A DNA stretch of 64,000 nucleotides from Candidatus Aenigmatarchaeota archaeon (GTDB lineage Archaea; Aenigmatarchaeota; Aenigmatarchaeia; QMZP01). Positions 43,636 through 51,670 of this stretch are shown piece after piece. Made by a program: the position numbers and the translations under genes. The notes beneath the pieces are model-generated. The model ran no database searches. It was given only the letters and a program-made list of their open reading frames with translations, and was not told where the DNA came from. Within the stretch, counting starts at the first letter, position 1, and the number at the start of each line of letters is the position of its first letter. The DNA lies in contig DAOVCJ010000001.1 of NCBI GenBank assembly GCA_030670085.1, positions 11,977 to 75,976 on the forward strand, given 5' to 3'.

Positions 43636-43821
43636 CTTTCTCCACACAATAAAAAAATTTCAAACCAATCAACTTAAGGGGATATAAAGAGAACCGATAG
43701 CTTTATAAACCCCGTTTTCACTTATATAGTAATCTGCTTCTCTAGACAGAATAATCTGAATAGAAAATGCAAGACAAACATTATGTCATAGTTACATAAT
43801 TAAAGAAACAAAGGTGATAAT

Positions 43822-45657
43822 ATGAAAAAAATGAAAAGTGAAAAGAAGAAGAAAGAGGAGTTTTCAAAGGCCAGGGTCTTGGTACCTGATACCTCGATCC
43901 TGATTCACGGAAAACTTTCGGAATTGATAAAAGAGGGCAAGATAAGCCCGAAAAAGATAGTCATACCTAGAGCTGTTCTTGATGAACTGCAGGCCCAGGC
44001 CAGCAGGGGAAGAGAGGTTGGTTTTGATGGTCTTGAGGAGATAAAGAAGATAAGGAAAGTCGGCAAGGACAAGAAGATAGCCCTGGAGTTCACTGGTGAC
44101 AGGCCAACCTTTGAAGAGATCCAGCTGGCGAAGAAGGGAAGGATAGATGCCCTGATAAGGGACGCTGCATCAAAGGCAGGCGCTACTCTCATAACGTCGG
44201 ATTACGTTCAGGCCCTTGTAGGGGAAGCCGAGGACGTTTCTGTTGATTATGTGGAAAAGGACATCCTGAAAAAGCCACTGGAACTTGAGAGCTTATTCTC
44301 GAAAGATGTTCAGTCGGTCCACCTCAAGGCAGGTGTCACGCCTTACGTGAAGAGGGGCAAACCAGGGAATGTGGAGCTTGTCAAACTGAAAAGAAAACCA
44401 TTTGATGACAAGGAGTTGGAATCCATGATAGATCAGATTGTTTCAAAGGCAAGAAAGGACGAGGACTCGTTCATAGAGATAGGAAAGCGTGGTGCCCTGG
44501 TGATACAGCTGGGAAACTACAGAATATGCATAACAAGACCACCCTTTTCTGACAAGACAGAAATCACTGCAGTAAGACCTATAGTTAAACTAACCCTAGA
44601 AGACTACAAGATGCACAAGGAACTGGAGAAGAACATAGTTTCAGGTTACCATGGCATCATGATAGCAGGACCCCCGGGTTCTGGTAAATCAACCTTTGCT
44701 GCTTCAATAGCGGATTTCCTTGTTAAAAAGAACAAGATAGTCAAGACCTTTGAGCAGCCCAGAGATTTGCAAGTAGGCCCTGAGGTTACACAGTATGCTC
44801 CATTGGAAGGTGACTGGGAAAAGACAGCAGAGCTGCTTTTGCTGGTAAGACCTGACTACACAATATTCGATGAGGTCAGGAAAACCAGGGACTTCAGAGT
44901 GTTCGGTGACATGAGGCTTGCTGGCGTAGGCATGATTGGCGTAACCCACTCAACCGATACTGTGTCAGCGATACAGAGGTTCATAGGAAGGCTCGATCTT
45001 GGGGTTATACCACACGTGATAGACAAAGTGATATACATAAAGTCTGGAAAGATAGAGAAGGTTTACAATCTAAACCTTACAGTCAAAGTGCCGACAGGAA
45101 TGAAGGAGGCAGATCTCGCAAGACCCGTGGTTGAGGTCAGGAACTTCGATACCAAGGACTTGGAGTATGAGATATACACCTACGGAGAGGAGACTGTTAT
45201 AATGCCTGTGAAGAAGGAGAAGTCTCCACTAAAGAATCTCGCCAGGGAGAGGGTCTTGCAGGTGCTTAGAAAATGGGACCCAGACGCAGAGATAGAAATC
45301 CAAAACAACAGAATCATAGCAAGGGTCAAGGGCTCTGTTATCCCAAAGTTGATTGGAAAAAAGGGAAAGAACATAGAAGAACTGGAAAGGAAACTAGGCA
45401 TGGGAATATCTGTCGAACCCAAGGAGGGTTCTCTGAAGCAGGATGTATACTGGGATTACGATGAGACAGGAGCATACATAAACCTGAGGCTTGAGCCCGG
45501 ACTAGTCGGGGTTCAGGTTGATATCTACAGGGACAGGGACTACCTGTTCTCAGCCCATGTAGGCAAGGGTGGTATCATAAGGGTAAGGAAAACATCTAAT
45601 CTTGGAAGAAAGCTTCTGCAGGCGATTCTGGGAAAGAAGCTCAGGATCCTGATGTAA
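43822..45657 (+). CDS. PIN-domain / P-loop ATPase / KH-domain protein (PilT-family ATPase, PINA-like)
   Basis: The N-terminal PIN domain is VLVPDTSILIHG. Walker A is IAGPPGSGKSTFA. The C-terminal KH-like motif is KLIGKKGKNIEELERKLGM. Confidence 0.8.
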   Translation: MKKMKSEKKKKEEFSKARVLVPDTSILIHGKLSELIKEGKISPKKIVIPRAVLDELQAQASRGREVGFDGLEEIKKIRKVGKDKKIALEFTGDRPTFEEIQLAKKGRIDALIRDAASKAGATLITSDYVQALVGEAEDVSVDYVEKDILKKPLELESLFSKDVQSVHLKAGVTPYVKRGKPGNVELVKLKRKPFDDKELESMIDQIVSKARKDEDSFIEIGKRGALVIQLGNYRICITRPPFSDKTEITAVRPIVKLTLEDYKMHKELEKNIVSGYHGIMIAGPPGSGKSTFAASIADFLVKKNKIVKTFEQPRDLQVGPEVTQYAPLEGDWEKTAELLLLVRPDYTIFDEVRKTRDFRVFGDMRLAGVGMIGVTHSTDTVSAIQRFIGRLDLGVIPHVIDKVIYIKSGKIEKVYNLNLTVKVPTGMKEADLARPVVEVRNFDTKDLEYEIYTYGEETVIMPVKKEKSPLKNLARERVLQVLRKWDPDAEIEIQNNRIIARVKGSVIPKLIGKKGKNIEELERKLGMGISVEPKEGSLKQDVYWDYDETGAYINLRLEPGLVGVQVDIYRDRDYLFSAHVGKGGIIRVRKTSNLGRKLLQAILGKKLRILM

Positions 45658-45681
45658 CAAAATCAGCATCATAATAAGCAA

Positions 45682-46134
45682 TTACTTCACCATCAGCTTC
45701 GCCTTCCCCGGATCCCATTTCCAATCCTTGGGAAGCTGATTCTTCCTCTTGTAATACTTTGCTATTCTCCTTATCTTTGACTCGGTCAATTCAAGACCCC
45801 TTTTGGATATATAATCCTTTTTATTCTTCTCCATGTGTGCGATAAGATCCACTGCCCTCTTTATCAGGTTGTACATATCCTCAGGCAACTCAGGATAAAG
45901 ATTATGATTCTTTAGAATCTTGGATATCTTTTCCTTTGTCATAATTCTTGTGGATGGGATTCCGTACTGATCCCTCAAAACCAGGCCAATCCTTGCAGAG
46001 GAGTATCCCTTCTTCGCTAACTTGACTATTATTTCCTCTATCTCATTCGGTTTGTATTTAACCCAGGCAGCCTTTTTCACCATGGGTTTTTTACTCCCTG
46101 ACTTCCCTTTCCTCCTCGAATACATCCTTGCCAT
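45682..46134 (-). CDS. rps15: 30S ribosomal protein S15 (uS15)
   Basis: MARMYSRRKGKSGSKKP...EIEEIIVKLAKKGYSSARIGLVLRDQYGIP... is the typical archaeal S15P/S13e sequence. Confidence 0.95.
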   Translation of the reverse strand: MARMYSRRKGKSGSKKPMVKKAAWVKYKPNEIEEIIVKLAKKGYSSARIGLVLRDQYGIPSTRIMTKEKISKILKNHNLYPELPEDMYNLIKRAVDLIAHMEKNKKDYISKRGLELTESKIRRIAKYYKRKNQLPKDWKWDPGKAKLMVK

Positions 46135-46172
46135 ATTACAACTTATTGCGGTTAAAGGTTTAAAAACCTATT

Positions 46173-47345
46173 TCAGGCGCCAGAAAGACGTTTTGGAAAA
46201 GATTTCTTAACCTTTCCACTAACACCCGTCATCGGAGCTTTCAGGCCGTGACCTGTTACAAGACAAACTACCTTGCTTCCCTTCTCTATACTATCCCTCG
46301 CTTTTATGAGACCTGCTAGAGAAACAGCACCCGCGGGTTCTGCAAACAGACCCTCTTTTCTTGCAAGCAGATCTCTGGCCTTTAGTATATCCTTGTCACT
46401 TACCACTTCTGCAAAACCCCCAGATTCCTTTATAGATTTCAAGGCCCTTTTCCCGTCAATAGGATCTCCACACTCTATAGCGACTGCGACAGTATGTGGG
46501 TTCTTAATTGGTTTGATTTCCAACCTACTCGTATATGCCCTGGCCACTGTGCTGCACCCAGAAGCCTGAATTCCAATCATTCTTGGCCTGGTTTTTATGA
46601 TGTTCAGAATCTTGAATTCGTTTACTGCCTTCCAAGTCGCAGATATAAGGGTCCCGTTTCCTACAGGCGAGATTATGTAATCTATTCCCTTCAGTTGTTC
46701 ACACAACTCAAAACCTATGGACTTGGTTCCCTCCCTTCTATACAGATAATCTCCAAGAAGGTAAATATTATAATTTCTGTAAACCTCTTCAGCAATCCTA
46801 GCAGCTTTCACATAATCTCCATGAACCTTATACACGTTTGCTCCATAAGCCAACATCTGTTCGAGTTTTACAGTCTTGGTATCCATTGGAATAAAAACAG
46901 AACATTTGAGGTTCGCGATTCCAGAGTATGCTGCCAAGGATGCTCCCATATTTCCAGTCGATGCACATACCACTTCCTTCGCTTTGAACTCCAATGCCTT
47001 GGCAACCTCTACCGAAGATCCTCTATCCTTGAAGGATCCTGTAGGGTTCTGTGCTTCGTATTTGAAGTAGAGCTGGAATTTCATTCCGAAGAGTTTTTCT
47101 AGGTTCTTTGATCTTATCAAAGAGGTTCCCCCCTCCTGAATAGATACAAGTTTCTTTACAGGATAGAGTTCTATGTACCTTGCATGATTAAAATCTCTTT
47201 TTTCAATTCTTTCCCTGAAATTCTTCTTAATTTTTCTGTAATCGAAAATAATCTCTAATGTTTCTCCACATTCACACCTGAACATTTTCTTCCAAATCGG
47301 ATATTTTTTCCCGCAACCTGAACAAAAAACGAACCTTTCATGCAT
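46173..47345 (-). CDS. thrC: Threonine synthase-like PLP enzyme with an N-terminal zinc ribbon
   Basis: Contains CSGCGKKY...RCECGE, NPTGSFKDRGS (PLP lysine) and STGNMGASLA. The start was moved to MHERF (47345). Confidence 0.8.
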   Translation of the reverse strand: MHERFVFCSGCGKKYPIWKKMFRCECGETLEIIFDYRKIKKNFRERIEKRDFNHARYIELYPVKKLVSIQEGGTSLIRSKNLEKLFGMKFQLYFKYEAQNPTGSFKDRGSSVEVAKALEFKAKEVVCASTGNMGASLAAYSGIANLKCSVFIPMDTKTVKLEQMLAYGANVYKVHGDYVKAARIAEEVYRNYNIYLLGDYLYRREGTKSIGFELCEQLKGIDYIISPVGNGTLISATWKAVNEFKILNIIKTRPRMIGIQASGCSTVARAYTSRLEIKPIKNPHTVAVAIECGDPIDGKRALKSIKESGGFAEVVSDKDILKARDLLARKEGLFAEPAGAVSLAGLIKARDSIEKGSKVVCLVTGHGLKAPMTGVSGKVKKSFPKRLSGA

Positions 47346-47387
47346 ACTATTATTTAATTGGGCACAGCCAATAAAAAATAGAGAAGC

Positions 47388-48269
47388 ATGGCCATACCAG
47401 ACATATCGCAACTGATTCAGATTGCGCCAACCATGATGAGGGATTTGCCACAGATGTTGTCCGGGTTGCAGGTTATTTTCTATATAGTACTGATACTGGT
47501 TTTTGGTTCAATAATCATTAAGGGATACAGTGGTTACATGCATTTTGCACTAAGGCTTCTTCTCAGGCTGGGTTTTGGTTTCGTTGCGCTTGTTTGCGGT
47601 CTGGGGTTGTCCGGGATCATACCCATGTTCAGTGCTGATGCTTTCTACACACTGATACAGTCAATAATCATAAATCCCTTTATCGGGATTGTCATATCCA
47701 CAGCAGTCCTCATGGTTTCACTGTATCTGATATCCCACAACATATTCAATATCCCCGGCATTAAGAAACATATCGCAAAACTCCAGGAAAAATTAAAAAA
47801 GGCTGAGGAAGTAACATCCAAGACAGTGAAGAGAAAATTGGAACCGATAAGGATTGTTGGTATAGTGATACTTATTGTTTTTCTGGTTTTTTCCCTCCTC
47901 AACTTCCAGGGATTCCCATCTCTGAGTGAGGACCTGTTTTCATTTATAGGCATAACCCCTGAAGAAGTGGAGGAGCTTGGAGAATACATCGAGGGAATGG
48001 GTATAGGAAAAGAAATCCCTGAGGATTGTGTACCCATCCTTACACTTATAGATGAGAATCTTGATGACTTTTTGAACGACAGGCTGCCTGAATCCACGGA
48101 TCCGGGAATAAAATCCATGATTGAAAGCAATTCTGGCTTAACGATGACAAAGGTATATCAGGTTACACATGATCAGAGAAACTTTTTCCTAGGAATAGAG
48201 AAAGATAATGTATGCTCTGCAACAGCGACAGAATTTTGTGAATGTCTGGATTTGAAATCCGTTATGTAG
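47388..48269 (+). CDS. Hypothetical membrane protein
   Basis: Four to five TM helices are followed by an acidic soluble C-terminal region with 4 Cys. No family recognised. Confidence 0.5.
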   Translation: MAIPDISQLIQIAPTMMRDLPQMLSGLQVIFYIVLILVFGSIIIKGYSGYMHFALRLLLRLGFGFVALVCGLGLSGIIPMFSADAFYTLIQSIIINPFIGIVISTAVLMVSLYLISHNIFNIPGIKKHIAKLQEKLKKAEEVTSKTVKRKLEPIRIVGIVILIVFLVFSLLNFQGFPSLSEDLFSFIGITPEEVEELGEYIEGMGIGKEIPEDCVPILTLIDENLDDFLNDRLPESTDPGIKSMIESNSGLTMTKVYQVTHDQRNFFLGIEKDNVCSATATEFCECLDLKSVM

Positions 48270-48378
48270 TAACCCTAAAAACTTTAAAATTTTTTCTTTA
48301 AAAAATAGTTAACTTTAAATATGAATGCCCCAAATAAATCAATAAAATGAAAATAAATCTTTAAAGAGGGAGGTTGAA

Positions 48379-48432
48379 ATGGTAGCAAGAAAAAAAGCAA
48401 GAAAGAAGAAAGCAACAAGAAAGAAAAGGTAA
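48379..48432 (+). CDS. Candidate 17-aa ultra-basic micro-ORF (MVARKKARKKKATRKKR)
   Basis: GGAGGT lies 6 nt upstream of the ATG. The composition is reminiscent of L41e-type peptides, but the ORF is very short and unverified. Confidence 0.2.
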   Translation: MVARKKARKKKATRKKR

Positions 48433-48456
48433 ATTATATTGAGTGAGGTGGATCTG

Positions 48457-48543
48457 ATGAGGTTGTTTGAATGGGAGGATGAGGACGAAGAAACCGAGGA
48501 AGAACCTGAAGATTGGGATGTTGAAGAAGAGGAAGAAATGTGA
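48457..48543 (+). CDS. Candidate 28-aa ultra-acidic micro-ORF (MRLFEWEDEDEETEEEPEDWDVEEEEEM)
   Basis: GAGGTG lies 6 nt upstream of the ATG. A hairpin plus T-run follows. Unverified. Confidence 0.2.
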   Translation: MRLFEWEDEDEETEEEPEDWDVEEEEEM

Positions 48544-48579
48544 TTCAACACACCTCATTTTTTTGTTTTTCATACCATT

Positions 48580-48607
48580 AAGGGCACCAAGCCCTTTTTC
48601 ATTTTTT
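48580..48607 (+). terminator. Hairpin plus T-run terminator candidate
   Basis: The stem is AAGGGC-ACCAA-GCCCTT, followed by TTTCATTTTTT. An additional T7/T5 run lies at 48558-48570. Confidence 0.3.
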
Positions 48608-49000
48608 GTTTCTTAGTATCTTGCTTGAGCTATATTCTTTGAATTTTTCATTTATCCTTACTATACTGCAGTTTAAACCAGATTCTTTGATTCTTTTTTT
48701 AAAATCTTCATCAATTTTTTGGTCATACCCCAGAGCGATAATATCCGGCCTTTCTTTTTTAACGACATTGAAGCGATCCTCATCATCCCCAATAATCACC
48801 CTGTCAGCAATACCTGTTTTTTCAACCCCCAATTTCCTCTCTTTGGCTGTTCGCAGGAGAACCCCATTCTTTTTCAAGGCCGTTCTGTCGCTTGACACAA
48901 CAACAATCAGGAAATCCCCAAGGGATTTCGCCTTCCTTAGGAAAAACATATGCCCGGGATGTAAAACTGAAAAAACCCCACCAACCAAAATCCTTTTCAT
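48599..49000 (-). CDS. Cytidylyltransferase-fold nucleotidyltransferase (archaeal FAD synthase RibL-like)
   Basis: ILVGGVFSVLHPGHMFFLRKAKSLGDFLIVVVSSD carries the (H/T)xGH motif. The small size of 133 aa fits. Confidence 0.65.
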   Translation of the reverse strand: MKRILVGGVFSVLHPGHMFFLRKAKSLGDFLIVVVSSDRTALKKNGVLLRTAKERKLGVEKTGIADRVIIGDDEDRFNVVKKERPDIIALGYDQKIDEDFKKRIKESGLNCSIVRINEKFKEYSSSKILRNKK

Positions 49001-49044
49001 AAGATTAAACTGAATGTTGTTAATAAAAAGTTATTTGTGGTTGA

Positions 49045-49800
49045 TTATTCGATTATAACAGGGGCCGTGGACCTGGCTGTTGAAGAAATCCTGTCTTCAA
49101 TCTCCTTTATCAGTTCGTAAAGGGGCTCTATGTCAAGGTTTCCTACCTGCTGCTCTAACCATTTGCTCTTTTCCTTCAGGGATTCAATATCCCTCCTCAA
49201 ACCAGATATATCCAGGGTCTTAAAAGATGTGCTGACCTTCTTAAGTTCATCCACCTCTCTCTTCACACCCACTATATCCCCAGCAACCCTGTCTAACTCA
49301 CTCCTGGTTTTTGAAGCGCTATCCTTCAATGCAACATCCATTCTATCAAGCTGACTGGAAATCCTTTGGTCGATTGATTTTATGTCCACTTTGGGGGACT
49401 GAGCTTGGGCCGAACTAAGGTTCTTTACCATGTCCTCAATCTTTCTTATCCTTTCCCTGTTCTTGACAACTTCAGCAAACAGTTTACTCATTTCGGATTG
49501 TGTGAAAAGCAGATCCTTTTCATGCTTCTTCAACTCCGTCTGAAGTATTTTTGCATCAGAACTAACTGCGGTTTTCGGGACGGTTGCCCTGGATGGTTTT
49601 GGTGGTAGAGGCATTGGCGGAAGTTTTGCTATGACATTTTTCCTCTCCAACTCTATCTTTTTTAACTCACCCTCTTTAATCCCTTTCATCTTGTTGTAAT
49701 CGGCAGTAGAAATCTTCTTCCTTTTCATCTGCTTTTCAAGGTCACTCAGGGATTTACTTACCGCTCTTTCCCTTTTGTTCAGATCAGATATACTAACCAC
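49045..49800 (-). CDS. Hypothetical coiled-coil protein (GTG start)
   Basis: 251-aa ORF with long heptad-like charged segments and a Pro-rich linker (LPPMPLPPKP). No family recognised. Confidence 0.5.
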   Translation of the reverse strand: MVSISDLNKRERAVSKSLSDLEKQMKRKKISTADYNKMKGIKEGELKKIELERKNVIAKLPPMPLPPKPSRATVPKTAVSSDAKILQTELKKHEKDLLFTQSEMSKLFAEVVKNRERIRKIEDMVKNLSSAQAQSPKVDIKSIDQRISSQLDRMDVALKDSASKTRSELDRVAGDIVGVKREVDELKKVSTSFKTLDISGLRRDIESLKEKSKWLEQQVGNLDIEPLYELIKEIEDRISSTARSTAPVIIE

Positions 49801-49909
49801 AAGAATCTACCTATAATTATTTTGTTTTAATAAATTATTATTTCCCTACTATAAAAAATTTCTCGCTTGATAAGCCAAACTTTAAACCACCCGGAGATAA
49901 ATAATTATT

Positions 49910-50479
49910 ATGCCTGTTACAAGGTCTGTTTGGAGAATAGTTGAGGAGACCACACCTCTGGTCATAGGATTTGCTGTTTTGGAATTGATCGCGGGCGGAG
50001 TTCTTGGAGTCATGGTAATAGATATCGAGCTTCTCCCAGGACTGTTCATTCTTATACCTGCCCTGCTTGACATGAGAGGGGGCATTGGCTCTGCCCTAGG
50101 GGCAAGGCTGAACTCCGGTCTTCACCTCGGGTACATAAAGCCCGGCAAGGTGACAAAACTCCTAAGAACAAACATTTATTCTGCCCTGATACTTAGTGTT
50201 ATATTGTCTGTGGCATTATCGATATTTGCATGGTTAGCATCTTATTTATCCGGAATAGTGTCTATTACCTTCATACATTTCTTCCTTATCTCAATAATAG
50301 CAGGGGTCTCGTCAGGTGTAATACTCATCTTTTTGGCGATATTCATATCAAACTTCAGCTACGAAAAAGGTCTTGATCCGGATGACGTAACCTCACCAAC
50401 CATTGGAGCCATAGGGGATATAGTAACGGTTATCTGCCTCTTCCTGGCAGTTAAAATTGTGTTGGGTCTGGGAATATGA
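49910..50479 (+). CDS. MgtE-type divalent cation transporter membrane domain protein, half 1
   Basis: LIPALLDMRGGIGSALGARLNSGLHLG and a C-terminal DPDDVTSPTIGAIGD are typical of MgtE TM domains. Confidence 0.75.
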   Translation: MPVTRSVWRIVEETTPLVIGFAVLELIAGGVLGVMVIDIELLPGLFILIPALLDMRGGIGSALGARLNSGLHLGYIKPGKVTKLLRTNIYSALILSVILSVALSIFAWLASYLSGIVSITFIHFFLISIIAGVSSGVILIFLAIFISNFSYEKGLDPDDVTSPTIGAIGDIVTVICLFLAVKIVLGLGI

Positions 50480-51030
50480 TATACTCAATGAAAACCATAC
50501 TTGAGGAAAGCATTCCCGTACTTTTGTTAGCAGGAGCCCTTTCGATCTGCGCCGGGTTAATCCTACACAACAACAGCGATCTTCTCTTCACCCTCCCCGG
50601 GATACTGGTCATAATCCCATCCTTCAACAATATGGGAGGCAGTGTTACGTCGGTTTTGTGCTGCAGACTCTCCTCTGCCCTTCACATGGGAATGATTCGC
50701 CCAAAACTCAAGAAAACCAAGACGCTGGAGAGGAACATCTTTGCAACCCTTATAATAGCCATAATTTCATTTCTCGCCCTTGGACTTGCTGCCGGGGGAT
50801 TCAACATGATTCTGGGTTTGAAGAGCATTGATATATTGATATTCCCGTTCGTTACGCTGGCAGCAGGATTCGTAACCGTTTTAATACTGATGACAGTTTC
50901 CGTTCTATTCAGCTATATATCCTATAGCAGGGGCCTTGATCCTGACAACATGGTAATCCCTGTTTTAACGAGCTTGGGAGATATTGTAGGAGTTTTGCTC
51001 CTGTTCTTAATACTCACCTTGGTGATGTGA
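50476..51030 (+). CDS. MgtE-type divalent cation transporter membrane domain protein, half 2
   Basis: IIPSFNNMGGSVTSVLCCRLSSALHMG and DPDNMVIPVLTSLGD are present. A 4-nt overlap joins it to half 1. Confidence 0.75.
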   Translation: MIYSMKTILEESIPVLLLAGALSICAGLILHNNSDLLFTLPGILVIIPSFNNMGGSVTSVLCCRLSSALHMGMIRPKLKKTKTLERNIFATLIIAIISFLALGLAAGGFNMILGLKSIDILIFPFVTLAAGFVTVLILMTVSVLFSYISYSRGLDPDNMVIPVLTSLGDIVGVLLLFLILTLVM

Positions 51031-51073
51031 AAGGTTAATAACATGGAAATATAAAATAAAGGAGGGATGGAAA

Positions 51074-51670
51074 ATGCAGGTGTTCAAGAAGAAGGAGATC
51101 CTTAAAGACGTACTGGAGAAGAGGAGAAACGTGATAGATCTTATAGTGGAGATGAAGGATCTTTCAGGCCTGGCAGTAGACCTTGGTTTTTCAGCGCTGC
51201 TCCTACAGGACAAGAAGCTGGCAGATAAGATAACAGAGCTGAAGGAGGAGATGGACATAAAACAGTACGAGATAGAGATGGAGTGCATGCTGGCTGCATC
51301 CAACGTAGAGCAGGCACTGGGTCTCACATCTGTTATGAGGGTAGCCTCTGCAGTGGCAGACATCTCCGATGCAGTGAATGAGCTAATTGACAGTGTGTTG
51401 AGAGGAATTCCCCCACACCCAATCATAAAAGAGGCATTAAAGGCAGCAGCAGAAACAATCGACTATGTGAACATCAAGAAGGACTCAAAGGTTGCTGGTA
51501 AGACAATAGATGAAGTGACAAAGGGACTGGTGGATGTAATAGGACTGAAGAGGGAAGACGTTTGGTCCTATCAACCCGGCGGAGAAGAGAGAATAAAGGC
51601 AAAGGATTTTCTAATAATAAGCGGTGGCAAGAGAAGGGTCAGTGAAGTTATAAAGGGACTGAGAAAGTAA
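51074..51670 (+). CDS. PhoU-like helical domain plus TrkA-C (RCK-C) regulatory protein
   Basis: An N-terminal helical bundle is followed by KDSKVAGKTIDE...IGLKRED...GEERIKAKDFLIISG (TrkA-C). It is commonly adjacent to MgtE-like permease halves in archaea. Confidence 0.6.
   Translation: MQVFKKKEILKDVLEKRRNVIDLIVEMKDLSGLAVDLGFSALLLQDKKLADKITELKEEMDIKQYEIEMECMLAASNVEQALGLTSVMRVASAVADISDAVNELIDSVLRGIPPHPIIKEALKAAAETIDYVNIKKDSKVAGKTIDEVTKGLVDVIGLKREDVWSYQPGGEERIKAKDFLIISGGKRRVSEVIKGLRK

Noticed and set aside
43607-43672. The extra 22 N-terminal codons of the pyrG track ORF (MIGLKFFYCVEKVFIICILIYN)
   Set aside because: The hydrophobic, non-conserved extension overlaps the TATA box at 43626-43635. 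MRKNAK at 43606 fits a leaderless start. Even so, the roughly 25-aa extension that remains before the KFVIVTG motif is unverified.
49910-51670. Split MgtE-like halves plus a PhoU/TrkA-C protein, considered as a novel transporter system
   Set aside because: To my knowledge this three-gene arrangement is a common, already catalogued archaeal module of two permease halves and a regulatory subunit. I annotated it as features only.
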